Assembly (NCBI GenBank): GCA_024653345.1
Contig: JANLFV010000001.1
Location: 84,387-148,386, forward strand
DNA: 64,000 bases
Reading direction: 5' to 3'
From: Candidatus Acetothermia bacterium
GTDB lineage: Bacteria; Bipolaricaulota; Bipolaricaulia; RBG-16-55-9; JANLFV01
The notes beneath the pieces are model-generated. The model searched no databases. It saw nothing but the letters and a program-made list of their open reading frames with translations, and had not been told where the DNA came from. Numbering within the stretch: position 1 is the stretch's first letter; the number at the start of each line of letters is the position of its first letter. A program made the translations under genes and the position numbers. Below, piece by piece: positions 1 to 9,948 of the stretch.

Positions 1-1461
1 AACCCGGTCTTCTTCCCCGATGGCCAGAGGCTCCTGTTCGCGAAGCAGCGCTGGGGCGAGCGAAGCCCGGCCTTGGCGGCCCTGGACCTCTCGACCGGTG
101 AGGAGGAGATCCTGCAGGAGTTTCCCGACGGCCTCCTTATCGACTCGTTCTCCATCTCTCCGGACGGGAGCCGACTGGCTCTCTCCATCTGGCACTGGGG
201 TGGCTTTCAAGACATCTATCTCCTGCCCGCCGCGGGCGGGGAGTTGCTCCCGATCACCCAAGACCGGGCGACCGACCTCGATCCCACTTGGTCGCCCGAT
301 GGGCGGTTCGTGGTCTTCTCCTCCGATCGCGATGGTGTCAACAATCTTTATGCCTATCGCCTCGCCGACGGCGCATTCTTCAAGGTCACGAACGTCACCA
401 GCGGAGCCTTTGCGCCCGATCTCTCACCAGATGGGCAGGAGATCGCCTATGTCGGCTACTCCGTCGAGGGCTACGACCTGCGGATCCTGGACTGCGTGCC
501 TGAATCGTGGCGAGCAGTGAGCTTCAACGACGAACCGGTGCCGGAGTGGCCCGGCTGGCCCGAGCTGGAAGGCCCGGTTCATCGCTACAGCCCTTGGCCC
601 TCGCTCCTGCCGAAGCTCTGGCTCCCGCTCATCACCCCCGACGGCATGGGCCTGTTCACCTTCGGGAGCGACTACCTCTCCCAGCACGATTACTCGCTCG
701 TCGCGGGCTACGATTGGCGGAATCGAGAACCGTTCTACACCTTCAACTACGCCTCCCGCCGGCTTGGGCCGAGCCTCTCTCTCGGCCTCGAGAGCGGCTC
801 CCAAGGGGGCCGGCAGCAACTCCAGCTCATCATCCCGGTAGTGGACAGCCTGACAGAGTCGCAAGAGCTTCTGCTCGCCTATGAGCGACGAGATGGCGAA
901 GACCTCGTCAAAGGGGCCTGGAGACTTGCGGGCCGGCAGGGGTTCGACCTCCAGCGCGAGGAGCATCGGCTCGAAGTCGAGGGCGAGCTACGGAGGACGA
1001 GCGCAGGCCCCTACCGCGGGCTCATCCTCGACTGGCGCGAGCGGCTTCGCCTGCCGCTCGAGCGCGAGAACGAGCTGGCCCTGAAACTGACCTACGGCTG
1101 GCGGAGCCCCGGCGGGGAGCTCGAGCTCGGCGGACACGAGGGCAGGTTCATGCTCCGCGGCCTCCACCGGGGCGCACTGACCGGCCCGCAGGCCTTGGCT
1201 ACCAGCCTGGAATATCGCTTCCTCATCGGGAATATCGAGCGGGGCCTCGGCCTCTGGCCGTTCTTCCTCAACTGGCTGAAGGGGAGCCTCTTTCTCGACC
1301 TGGGGATGGCCGGGGAGCGGCTGAGGGCCGGCTTCGGCGTGGAGCTGAGACCCCAGCTGATCCTCGGCTATGCCCTCCCGCTGGAACTCCGCTTCGGGGT
1401 AGCTCAAGGGCTTGGCGAGAGCCGGCCCTCCTTCTATCTGGCCCTCGGGTCGGCCTCTTGA
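1..1461 (+). CDS. C-terminal part of a large outer-membrane protein (N-terminus lies upstream of the window). It is a paralog of the 6044..8818 product and has a PD40/TolB-like beta-propeller plus an Omp85-like C-terminal beta-barrel.
   Basis: The frame is open from position 1. Repeated SPDG-x-x-[LI] PD40 motifs are present. It aligns by eye along its length with residues ~440-924 of the 6044..8818 product, including the aromatic-rich C-terminal region (FYLALGSAS here versus FYLGFGSAF there). Confidence 0.6.
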   Translation, partial: NPVFFPDGQRLLFAKQRWGERSPALAALDLSTGEEEILQEFPDGLLIDSFSISPDGSRLALSIWHWGGFQDIYLLPAAGGELLPITQDRATDLDPTWSPDGRFVVFSSDRDGVNNLYAYRLADGAFFKVTNVTSGAFAPDLSPDGQEIAYVGYSVEGYDLRILDCVPESWRAVSFNDEPVPEWPGWPELEGPVHRYSPWPSLLPKLWLPLITPDGMGLFTFGSDYLSQHDYSLVAGYDWRNREPFYTFNYASRRLGPSLSLGLESGSQGGRQQLQLIIPVVDSLTESQELLLAYERRDGEDLVKGAWRLAGRQGFDLQREEHRLEVEGELRRTSAGPYRGLILDWRERLRLPLERENELALKLTYGWRSPGGELELGGHEGRFMLRGLHRGALTGPQALATSLEYRFLIGNIERGLGLWPFFLNWLKGSLFLDLGMAGERLRAGFGVELRPQLILGYALPLELRFGVAQGLGESRPSFYLALGSAS

Positions 1462-1462
1462 G

Positions 1463-2335
1463 GTGAGATACCTTCCCCAGCTCGCTCTGCTCTCCGTAAC
1501 CGTCATCTGGGGCTGGACCTTCGTCTTAGTGAAGGAGGGGGCGAGTGAGCTCGGCCCGCTGAGCTTCCTCGCGCTCCGGTTCGCCCTGGCGTTCCTCGCG
1601 TTGCTCATCCTCTTCTGGCACCGGCTTCGGCGAGCTCAGCTCGGGGTAAGGGAGTTCCTCCAGGGCCTCGCGATCGGGCTGGCCCTCTTCGGTGGGTATC
1701 TCTTCCAGACCTGGGGCCTGCTCTATACCACGGCCACCAAGAGCGGCTTCATCACCGGGCTGTCAGTCGTCCTCGTCCCGCTACTGGCAGCCTTGGCCTT
1801 CAAGGATCGGGTCCCCTCTAGCGGCTGGCTCGGCGCAGGGCTCTCCGCGCTCGGGCTCGGGCTGATCCTCCTCGGGCAGGGCGGGATGGGAAGAGGGCTT
1901 AACCTTGGCGATCTCCTCACCCTGCTGTGCGCGCTCTGTTTCGCGCTCCAGATCATCCTCATCGGGCGGCTCGTCACCCGAGAGAACTACCCCGCGCTGC
2001 TCGTGATCCAGATCGGGCTGGTCTTCCTCCTCAGCCTCGCCGGGGCTCTCTCCCTCGAGCGCCCGACGCTGGCGATCTCGCCCCAAGGCTGGCAGGCGGT
2101 CCTCATCACCAGCTTCCTGGCGACCGCGCTGGCCTTCTTCATCCAGAACAGGTTCCAGCCGCTCTCCACCCCGACCCGAGCGGCGATCATCTTCTCCGCC
2201 GAGCCCGTCTTCGCCGGCCTCTTCGGGTATCTCTTGCTCGGCGAGCGGCTGGCAGGCCTCCAACTGCTAGGCGCCGGCGCGATCCTGAGCGGGATCGCCC
2301 TCTCGCAAAGGGTCTCGCTCACCCGCCCGGACTGA
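1463..2335 (+). CDS. EamA/DMT-family drug/metabolite transporter. The likely start is a GTG at 1463, just after the upstream stop.
   Basis: About 10 TM helices in a duplicated EamA-like arrangement (two ~140 aa hydrophobic halves). The track ORF starting at 1412 overlaps the upstream gene, and the in-frame GTG at 1463 removes the overlap. Confidence 0.65.
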   Translation: MRYLPQLALLSVTVIWGWTFVLVKEGASELGPLSFLALRFALAFLALLILFWHRLRRAQLGVREFLQGLAIGLALFGGYLFQTWGLLYTTATKSGFITGLSVVLVPLLAALAFKDRVPSSGWLGAGLSALGLGLILLGQGGMGRGLNLGDLLTLLCALCFALQIILIGRLVTRENYPALLVIQIGLVFLLSLAGALSLERPTLAISPQGWQAVLITSFLATALAFFIQNRFQPLSTPTRAAIIFSAEPVFAGLFGYLLLGERLAGLQLLGAGAILSGIALSQRVSLTRPD

Positions 2336-3206
2336 GCGAGATCAGCCTCAGCCGGTCAGCATTGAACTCCGGGACTAGGAGCAGGTTCCGCTCCGGGTCA
2401 ACGGCGATGTCGGCCGGGCTCTCGAGGCCCTCGGCGAAGATCTCGCTCGTGCCCTCCGGTGAGCGCTTGAAGATCCGCCCCCCGGCGTAGTCGCTGATGT
2501 AGAGGTTCCCCGCGGGATCGAAGGCCAGGCCATCCCCTCCGCCGAAGCCCTCGCCGATCACCTCAGCGGAGGAGCCGTTCGGCTCGATCTCCAGGAGCTT
2601 GCCCGTGCTGAGGTCGATCACGAGGAGGTTCCCAGCCCCGTCGAGGGCCAGCCCGTTCGGGGCTTGCAGCTCGGGGAAGCGGGCCCGTTGGGCAAAGATC
2701 GTCACGCCGCCGCAGATGCAGGTCCGGACGGTGAAGATCACCCCGAGCTGGGTGTCGGAGATATAGAGCCGATCGGAGGAAGGGGCGAGGGCCACATCGT
2801 TGAGGAAGGCCGGCCGGCGGGGGAAGTCCTCCGGCCGGAGGAAGAGCTCCTTGTGCCCGTTAAGAGAGACTCGCCAGACCTTGTCGATGTCCGCGACATA
2901 GAGGGCCTCGCCGTAGATCGCGAATCCCTTCGGATCGTCCAGGCCGAGCGCCAGGTCCTCCAGGGTGCCGTCCTTCCCGAGGGCCATGATCTTCCCGTCC
3001 CCCGCCCGGCCAGGCTGGCCGACATTCGAGACATAATACTTCCCTTCAGGCCCGACGGCCACGGACTCCGGTTTCGAGAAGCCGCCGATCGATCCGCCCT
3101 CCTCGCCGCTCACCTCGGTCTGAGCGACCCGCACGCTCTTCACCCCCAGGATGACCGTGAGGGCGACCAGTGCTCCTATGACCACCAGCCAGAGATAGCC
3201 TTTCAT
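2319..3206 (-). CDS. Secreted NHL-repeat beta-propeller protein (SMP-30/gluconolactonase/LRE-like fold).
   Basis: N-terminal signal/TM segment MKGYLWLVVIGALVALTV. Repeated YxSD/YIAD...G.V motifs typical of NHL repeats. Its ATG overlaps the mnmG stop (ATGA). Confidence 0.6.
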   Translation of the reverse strand: MKGYLWLVVIGALVALTVILGVKSVRVAQTEVSGEEGGSIGGFSKPESVAVGPEGKYYVSNVGQPGRAGDGKIMALGKDGTLEDLALGLDDPKGFAIYGEALYVADIDKVWRVSLNGHKELFLRPEDFPRRPAFLNDVALAPSSDRLYISDTQLGVIFTVRTCICGGVTIFAQRARFPELQAPNGLALDGAGNLLVIDLSTGKLLEIEPNGSSAEVIGEGFGGGDGLAFDPAGNLYISDYAGGRIFKRSPEGTSEIFAEGLESPADIAVDPERNLLLVPEFNADRLRLISLSPGG

Positions 3207-5089
3207 CTTCCACCTCCACTTAGGGCTCGTTCTCCGTGTCTATCGCTCCGCCGCCTGCTCTTAAGGTATACCATGAGGATCGAGAGATCGGCCTGAGAGA
3301 CGCCGGGGACCCTTGCTGCCTGGCCGAGGGTCCGCGGGCGGACGCGGGTGAGCTGCTCCCGCCCCTCAGTCGAGAGGTTCTTCACTGTCGCGTAGTCCAG
3401 CTCATCAGGGATCATCTTATCCTCCAGCCGCCGGAGGCGTTCGACCTGGAGGAGTTGGCGCTTAATGTATCCCTCATACTTCGCCTCGATCTCTACCTCC
3501 CCGACCACCTCCGCGGGCAGCGGGGGCCGGGTCGGGTCGACCGGAGCCAGGAGGTCGTAGTCCAACTCCGGCCGCTTGAGGAGTTGATACAGTGTCTGCC
3601 CCTCCTCGACGACGAAGGGGAGCCTCCCGTTCACCTTCACCCAGGTCCGCCGGAGCCGGTCCAATTCGGCACTGATCAGCCTCTGCCGCTCGCGCATCCG
3701 CTCATATTGCTCGTCCGGGACGAGTCGCAGCTCGTGGCCGAGGGCCATCAGCCTCAGGTCGGCGTTCCCCTCGCGCAACAGCAGACGATACTCCGCGCGA
3801 GAGGGGAGCATCCGATAGGGCTCGCTCGTCCCTTTCGTGACTAAGTCGTCGATGAGCACCCCGATGAAGGCCTCGGCCCGGCCGAGGATGATCGGCTCTT
3901 TCCCCTGCAGATACCGGACAGCGTTGATCCCAGCGATGATCCCCTGGGCCGCGGCCTCCTCATAGCCCGTGGTCCCGTTGATCTGCCCGGCGAGGAATAG
4001 GCCCCGGAGGGCCTTCGTCTCGAGCGAGGCCTTAAGCTGCGTGGGGAAGACGAAGTCGTAGTCGATGTCGTAGCCGTAGCGCTCGATCTTGGCCTCCTCC
4101 AGGCCGGGGATCGAGCGGACCATCGCCTCCTGGACCTCGGGCGGGGAAGAGGTGTTGAAGCCCTGCATGTAGACCTCTTCGGTGAAGCGGCCCTCCGGCT
4201 CGAGGAAGACCTTGTGGCTCAGACGGTCGGGGAATCTCAGGACCTTGGTCTCGATCGAAGGGCAGTAGCGCGGCCCGACGCCGCCGAGGGTCCCGTTCTT
4301 CCCAGGGTTCCGGTGGAGGTTTTCCCGAATGATCCTGTGGGTCTCCTCGGTCGTCCGGGTGATGTAGACCGGGAGGTCCTTGGGCAGGACCCGGGGCTCT
4401 GAAGCATAGGAGAGGGCAAGCGGCTCCTCGGCTGTGTCCTGGCGCTCCAGGACAGCCGTATCGATGGTGTGCCTATTCAGCCTCGGCGTCGTCCCGGTAT
4501 TGAGCCTGCCGAGCTCCAGGCCCAGTCTCCTCAAGGATTCAGACAGCCCGACGGCCGGTGGCTCGCCCGACCTCCCCGCGGGATAGACCCGCTCGCCGAT
4601 GTAGACCCTCCCGTCGAGGAAAGTCCCGGTGGTGACGACGACCGCGCGGGCCTGGAAGTGGACCCCCTCGCGGACGATCGCGCCCGTGATCTTGCCCCCG
4701 GACCAGGTGAGCTCCTCCACCAATCCCTCGACCAGGCGGAGGTTCGGGGTGCTCTCCAGGACCCGCTTCATCTCCAGCTTGTATAGATCCTTATCGATCT
4801 GGGCGCGCGTCACCTGCATCGCCGGCCCCTTCCCGGTGTTGAGCCTCCGGACATTGATCATCGTTCGGTCGGCATTCTTCGCCATCTCTCCCCCGAGGGC
4901 GTCGACCTCGCGGACGAGTTGGCTCTTCCCCGGCCCGCCGATCGCCGGATTGCAGGGGGCCCGTGCCACCTCGGTCAGGTTGAGCGTCACCAGGGTCGTG
5001 GCAAAGCCCATCCGGGCCGCGGCGAGCGCGGCCTCGCACCCGGCATGCCCCGCGCCGATCACCAAGATGTCGGACTCCTCCGTGAGCAT
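3203..5089 (-). CDS. mnmG: tRNA uridine-5-carboxymethylaminomethyl modification enzyme MnmG (GidA).
   Basis: N-terminal FAD motif DILVIGAGHAGCEAALAAARMG. Full-length (~628 aa) similarity to the MnmG family. Start taken at the ATG (MLTEES) rather than the upstream TTG. Confidence 0.95.
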   Translation of the reverse strand: MLTEESDILVIGAGHAGCEAALAAARMGFATTLVTLNLTEVARAPCNPAIGGPGKSQLVREVDALGGEMAKNADRTMINVRRLNTGKGPAMQVTRAQIDKDLYKLEMKRVLESTPNLRLVEGLVEELTWSGGKITGAIVREGVHFQARAVVVTTGTFLDGRVYIGERVYPAGRSGEPPAVGLSESLRRLGLELGRLNTGTTPRLNRHTIDTAVLERQDTAEEPLALSYASEPRVLPKDLPVYITRTTEETHRIIRENLHRNPGKNGTLGGVGPRYCPSIETKVLRFPDRLSHKVFLEPEGRFTEEVYMQGFNTSSPPEVQEAMVRSIPGLEEAKIERYGYDIDYDFVFPTQLKASLETKALRGLFLAGQINGTTGYEEAAAQGIIAGINAVRYLQGKEPIILGRAEAFIGVLIDDLVTKGTSEPYRMLPSRAEYRLLLREGNADLRLMALGHELRLVPDEQYERMRERQRLISAELDRLRRTWVKVNGRLPFVVEEGQTLYQLLKRPELDYDLLAPVDPTRPPLPAEVVGEVEIEAKYEGYIKRQLLQVERLRRLEDKMIPDELDYATVKNLSTEGREQLTRVRPRTLGQAARVPGVSQADLSILMVYLKSRRRSDRHGERALSGGGR

Positions 5090-5183
5090 CCCCACCAAAG
5101 CTCAAGGATAGAGGGTCGTCCGGGAGAATTCAACGCTTGGCCTGCGGGAGCCGCACTGCTAGAATTGGTTGTCGGAGCACAGG

Positions 5184-5948
5184 ATGGGGAAGAGAGAGCC
5201 GATCATCGCGGCGAACTGGAAGATGCACAAGACGGTCGCTGAGGCCCGCGAGTATGTCCGCCGCTTCCGCGAGCTGGTCGAGGGCTTCTCCGGGGTGGAG
5301 ATCGTCCTCGCCCCGCCGTTCACCGCGCTGCCAGCGGTGAGGGAGGAGCTCTGTGGGACCGCGATCGCGCTGGCGGCCCAGGACATGTGGCATGAGCCGC
5401 TGGGGGCCTACACCGGCGCGATCTCGCCCCTGATGCTCAGGGACCTCGGCTGCCAGTATGTGATCATCGGCCACTCTGAGCGCCGGGAGCACTGCAAGGA
5501 GACCGACGAACTGATCAACAAGAAGCTCCGGGCGGCCTTCGCCCATGGCCTAACGCCGATCCTCTGCGTGGGGGAGAAGCTGGAGGACCGCCGGGCCGGG
5601 TTGACCCAGGCGGTTCTGGAGAGGCAGGTCCGGGCTGACTTGGCCGGGCTGGCGAAAGGGGATGTCGCGCGGCTGGTGATCGCCTACGAGCCGGTTTGGG
5701 CCATCGGGACCGGTGAGACGGCCTCCCCCCAGGACGCCAATGAGGGGGCCAAGTTCATCCGGGCCCTCGTGGCCAAGCTCTGGGATGAGGCCACAGCCCA
5801 GTCCGCCCGGATCCAATACGGCGGGAGCGTCAAGCCCGAGAACATCGCGGCCCTGATGGCAGAAGAGAATGTAGATGGCGCCCTCGTCGGGGGGGCCTCG
5901 CTCGATCCGGCGGCCTTCGCGGAGATCGTCCGGCGGGCCAGGGGATGA
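5184..5948 (+). CDS. tpiA: Triosephosphate isomerase.
   Basis: IIAANWKMHKT N-terminus and the active-site region AYEPVWAIGTG. Start at the ATG (MGKRE) with an upstream GGAG. Confidence 0.93.
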   Translation: MGKREPIIAANWKMHKTVAEAREYVRRFRELVEGFSGVEIVLAPPFTALPAVREELCGTAIALAAQDMWHEPLGAYTGAISPLMLRDLGCQYVIIGHSERREHCKETDELINKKLRAAFAHGLTPILCVGEKLEDRRAGLTQAVLERQVRADLAGLAKGDVARLVIAYEPVWAIGTGETASPQDANEGAKFIRALVAKLWDEATAQSARIQYGGSVKPENIAALMAEENVDGALVGGASLDPAAFAEIVRRARG

Positions 5949-6043
5949 AGCGGCCCGAGCGATGACTGCTCGCAGGGCAGGCTATTGACGCTGGACCTCG
6001 ACTCTCTGTATCCTTCCATCAATCTGAGCCACAGGAGGGCCCT

Positions 6044-8818
6044 ATGCGCAGGCGGGTGATCTTCCTCGGGTTGCTGTGCGCGCTCCTCACTTCAGCGACC
6101 GCGGCCGCGCAGCTGACGCCGCCCTACGACTGGCAGATGATGGAGACCCCGCACTTCCGCATCATCTTCCATCCGGAGGTCGAGGGCCTGGCCTGTGAGG
6201 CGGCCGTGGCCGCGGAGGACGCCTATCAGCTCTGGGCCGCGGAGCTTGCCACCACTCCCCCACCCAAGACCGACATCGTGGTGATCGACTTCGACGATAG
6301 CCCCAACGGCTTCGCCGACCCATACGAGCTTCACAGCTGGGAGTTCGCCAGCCAGGTGCAATTCAGCGCCTGGTCCGGCGGGCGGGTCGCCTCTAACATC
6401 GCCGACACGATCTATCACGAGTATTGGCACATCGTCGATATCGGCAAGGTGAGCGGCCCCTCGCAGGTCCTGCGCCAGCTCTTGGGGCGGAAGGTCATCC
6501 CGAACGATCTGAAGCCGCTGTTCAACATCGAGGGCTCCGCTACCTACGGCGAGTATCTGAAATACGGCTACTCGAGGGCTAACTTCGCGACCGCGGCGAT
6601 GTATCTCCGCCAGATGGCCCTGGACAATGATTTCCCCCCGCTCGATCGCGCCGCCACCTACTTCACCAACACGCGCTGGCCGTCCCTCGGGACGCTCTGG
6701 TATCTCCTGGGCGCCTGGTTCATGCGCTACATCGAGGAAGAGCATGGCCGAGGCGTGCTGGCCAAGCTCGATGAGCTCAATGCGCGAAGCTGGTCCGCCA
6801 CGCTCTCCGCCCTCCTGGCGGACCTGCTCGCGGATCAGCTCGGCGTGGCCTTTTATGTCGGCCCCGACTTCGGGGAGTTGATGGCCCAGGCGACCGGCGT
6901 CTCGGCAAGAGAGCTCTACGAGGGCTTCCAGCAGTGGCTGAGGAGCCAAGCCCTCGAGCACCTGAGAGAAGTTGAGGCAGAGGGGATCACCTCGAGCATC
7001 CGGCTCACCTCCCACGGCTACTGGACGGCCCAGCCGAGATGGTCCCCCGACGGCCAGTGGATTGCCTACGAGCATGACGACCCCTTCCGGCTCGGCGGCG
7101 TCCGGCTCGTCCGGCCGGATGGAAGAGACGATCATCCGCTGCTTCCGGCCACTTTCGTGCTGGAAGGAGCGTTCAGTTGGTCCCCCGACGGCCGGAGGCT
7201 GGTCTACTCCAGCTACGATCGGTTCGGTCATTACTTCAGCTACAACGACCTCTACCTCTATGACCTGGAGGCAGGCAAGGCGGAGCGCCTGACTCGCGGC
7301 GCACGGGCCTATAACCCGGTCTTCACGCCTGATGGCAGCAGCATCCTCTTCGGGAAGCAGGGCCCGGGGGACCGGACCAGCCTCATGAGACTGGAGCTGG
7401 CAACTGGCGCGGTCGAGACGATCAAGGAGTTCCCGCCCGACACCTTCCTCGACTTCTTCGCCCTCTCTCCCGACGGACGGCGGCTGGCCCTCTCGATCTG
7501 GAAGCGCCCGGGCTTCTCCGACCTCTATCTCATGTCGGCCACCGGCGGGGGACTCCAACCGCTCACGCAAGACCGGAACGAGGACCTCCGGCCCACATGG
7601 TCGCCAGACGGCGAGTATGTGCTGTTCGACTCGATCCGGGACGAGACATTCAACGTCTACGCGGTCCACATCTCCGATCGGAGCTTCTTGCGCGTGACCA
7701 ATGCGGTCTCCGGGGCCTCTGCTCCCACGATCTCCCCGGACGGGAAGAGGATCGCCTTCATCGGCTACAGTAGCCGAGGCTACGACCTCCACCTGATGGA
7801 CTTCGACCCCACCAGCTGGAAGGCGGTTAGCTTCCCGTCGGAGTCCATCCCCTCCTGGCCCGGCTTCCCCGAGGTCGATTACCCCGTCCGGCCCTATGAT
7901 CCGTCCCAGACGATGAGGCCGAAGTATTGGGAGCCAGCGCTCTATGGGACCCGACTCGGCGCGCGCACCTCCGCTTGGGACGCACTCTACCGCCGGTCCT
8001 ACTTCGCCGAGGCTGGCTACGACTGGTCACAGCGCGGGCCGTTCGCCTCCCTCTCCTACACGGACTCGGAGCAGCTCTCGCCCCTGGTCTTGAGCCTCAG
8101 CCTCGACCTCTTGCCCTACGGCAACGCCGAGCAGCTGTCACTGGAGTATTGGCCGCTCGAGGGATTCTATCAGTCCCAGCGGCTCTCGCTGGCGGTGGAA
8201 CGAGCGGAGTCCGCGAAGTTGGCCTACAGCCTCTCCGCTGCGTGGGACGGCTTCGCACTCCTCGGAAAGGACCTCTTCTGGCAGGAGCTCGAGGCTTCAC
8301 TTGGCACCTCGCTTTACTACGACACCGAGACGGGGGAGTGGAGTCGCGAGGCAGTCCTCGAGCTCAGGGACTACCTCCACCTTCCGGTGATCGATCTTGC
8401 TGGGCCGCACGAGCTGGCGCTCCGGTTGGCAGCGGGCTGGAGCGATCGCGAGGGGAACTTCGCCTTGGGCGGGACCAGTGGGCAGTTCCTCCTCCGCGGC
8501 CAGCCGGATGGCGTCCTGGAAGGGAGCTTGATCGCCGGCACCAGCATCGAGTATCGCTTCCCATTGCTCTCCCTCGAGAAGGGCTGGGGCTTGAGGCCTC
8601 TCTTCCTTGACGACCTGCGCGGGGCGCTCTTCGCCGATGCCGGGCTGGCGGGGGACCGGCTGCCGACGCTCGCCGAGCTGAAGGCCGGCTATGGCCTGGA
8701 GCTCCAGCTGCTCTTCACCACGGGGTTTGGCGTGCCGCAGGCGCTCAGCCTCGGCGTGGCTTACGGGCTGGGGCAGCCCGAGCCAATCTTCTATCTCGGC
8801 TTCGGCTCGGCCTTCTAG
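6044..8818 (+). CDS. Large outer-membrane protein with a signal peptide, an HExxH zinc-peptidase-like N-domain, a PD40 (TolB-like) beta-propeller and an Omp85/BamA-like C-terminal beta-barrel.
   Basis: Signal peptide MRRRVIFLGLLCALLTSATAAAQ. The motif IYHEYWHIVD (HExxH) lies in the N-domain. At least six PD40 repeats (WSPDG/LSPDG/ISPDG). The C-terminus GYGLELQLLFTTGFGVPQALSLGVAYGL...FYLGFGSAF resembles the Omp85 barrel closing strands with a terminal Phe. Confidence 0.6.
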   Translation: MRRRVIFLGLLCALLTSATAAAQLTPPYDWQMMETPHFRIIFHPEVEGLACEAAVAAEDAYQLWAAELATTPPPKTDIVVIDFDDSPNGFADPYELHSWEFASQVQFSAWSGGRVASNIADTIYHEYWHIVDIGKVSGPSQVLRQLLGRKVIPNDLKPLFNIEGSATYGEYLKYGYSRANFATAAMYLRQMALDNDFPPLDRAATYFTNTRWPSLGTLWYLLGAWFMRYIEEEHGRGVLAKLDELNARSWSATLSALLADLLADQLGVAFYVGPDFGELMAQATGVSARELYEGFQQWLRSQALEHLREVEAEGITSSIRLTSHGYWTAQPRWSPDGQWIAYEHDDPFRLGGVRLVRPDGRDDHPLLPATFVLEGAFSWSPDGRRLVYSSYDRFGHYFSYNDLYLYDLEAGKAERLTRGARAYNPVFTPDGSSILFGKQGPGDRTSLMRLELATGAVETIKEFPPDTFLDFFALSPDGRRLALSIWKRPGFSDLYLMSATGGGLQPLTQDRNEDLRPTWSPDGEYVLFDSIRDETFNVYAVHISDRSFLRVTNAVSGASAPTISPDGKRIAFIGYSSRGYDLHLMDFDPTSWKAVSFPSESIPSWPGFPEVDYPVRPYDPSQTMRPKYWEPALYGTRLGARTSAWDALYRRSYFAEAGYDWSQRGPFASLSYTDSEQLSPLVLSLSLDLLPYGNAEQLSLEYWPLEGFYQSQRLSLAVERAESAKLAYSLSAAWDGFALLGKDLFWQELEASLGTSLYYDTETGEWSREAVLELRDYLHLPVIDLAGPHELALRLAAGWSDREGNFALGGTSGQFLLRGQPDGVLEGSLIAGTSIEYRFPLLSLEKGWGLRPLFLDDLRGALFADAGLAGDRLPTLAELKAGYGLELQLLFTTGFGVPQALSLGVAYGLGQPEPIFYLGFGSAF

Positions 8819-8827
8819 GAGGTGACG

Positions 8828-9940
8828 ATGACAAAGGTGCTGCTTCTGGCGATGGTCCTAGGGATCTTGGTGGTGGCGCTCGTCCCGCGCGGGCCGACAC
8901 TGCGGTTCATCGGGGCCTACTCGATCCCCACGGACGAGTGGTCCTTCGGGACGATGCCGGTCGGGGAGCTATCCGGGCTCGCTTACGATCGAGCGAAGGA
9001 TATCTACTACGCCATCAGCGATGATCGGGGGGACACGGGCACCCCGGGCAGGCTCTATACTCTGCGAATTACGCTAGATCAGCGAGGGATTCACGCTGTT
9101 CAAGCCTGCTGCGTCACCTTCCTGGACAGCGATGGCAGCACTTCGGGCCTCCAGCCCTATCCCGCCAAGGGGCTGGATCCCGAGGAGGTGGTCCTCACCC
9201 CTCAGGGGACTTTAGTGATTTCCTCCGAGCGGGATCTGGACGGCCGCCCCTGGATCCGCGAGTTTGCGCTCGATGGTTCCCTCCTTGGGGAGATCCCGAT
9301 CCCCGAGAGGTTCATGCCCTCCCAGGGCAAGGGCGTGCGGAACAACCTCGCCTTCGAGGGCCTGGCGCTGACCCCGGACGGGAAGACCCTCTTCACCATC
9401 AACGAGCAGGCGCTGGCCCAGGACGGCCCGCTCGCGACCGTCGAGCACGGGACAACGGTCCGGCTGAGCCGATACGATCTGAGCGGCCCGCACCCGAGCG
9501 TCGTCGCGGAGTATCCCTATGTGACCGAGCCGATCTTCGCCCCGCCTCAGGGGACTTACGCGGACAACGGCGTCACGGCCATCCTCTATGTGAAGGAGAT
9601 CCTGCCGCGCTACGAGCTGCTCGTCCTCGAGCGGGCCTTCTCTGAGGAGATAGGGAACGACATCAAGCTCTTCGCCGTCCGCCTCGCGGGAGCGGAGGAT
9701 GTCAAGGGCCTCCCCTCCCTCCCCTTCCCCTTCACCGGGAGGGCGGTGGAGAAGACCCTTCTCCTGAGGATTTCAGCGCTGAAGAGCCTCTCCGATCTCC
9801 CGGTCAGGCCGGACAACATCGAAGCGCTCGCCCTCGGGCCGCGGCTGAAGAACGGCCACTACACCCTCATCCTAGCGAGCGACAACAACTTCAATCAGGA
9901 CCAGACGAACCTCTTCCTGGCCTTCGAACTTGTGCCCTGA
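8828..9940 (+). CDS. Secreted protein with a phytase-like esterase domain (esterase-like activity of phytase family).
   Basis: N-terminal TM/signal segment (MTKVLLLAMVLGILVVALV). The GELSGLAYD...YYAISDDRG motif region is typical of the phytase-like beta-propeller family. It is co-directional with the upstream gene at a 3-10 nt gap, with AGGAGG before the ATG at 8828. Confidence 0.45.
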   Translation: MTKVLLLAMVLGILVVALVPRGPTLRFIGAYSIPTDEWSFGTMPVGELSGLAYDRAKDIYYAISDDRGDTGTPGRLYTLRITLDQRGIHAVQACCVTFLDSDGSTSGLQPYPAKGLDPEEVVLTPQGTLVISSERDLDGRPWIREFALDGSLLGEIPIPERFMPSQGKGVRNNLAFEGLALTPDGKTLFTINEQALAQDGPLATVEHGTTVRLSRYDLSGPHPSVVAEYPYVTEPIFAPPQGTYADNGVTAILYVKEILPRYELLVLERAFSEEIGNDIKLFAVRLAGAEDVKGLPSLPFPFTGRAVEKTLLLRISALKSLSDLPVRPDNIEALALGPRLKNGHYTLILASDNNFNQDQTNLFLAFELVP

Positions 9941-9948
9941 CCGTCAGT

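Noticed and set aside
6092-7792. 566-aa antisense ORF inside the large outer-membrane protein gene
   Set aside because: Low-complexity Arg/Gly/Pro/Glu-rich translation with no motifs, typical of stop-poor antisense frames in ~67% GC DNA. The sense strand encodes a well-structured PD40 propeller.
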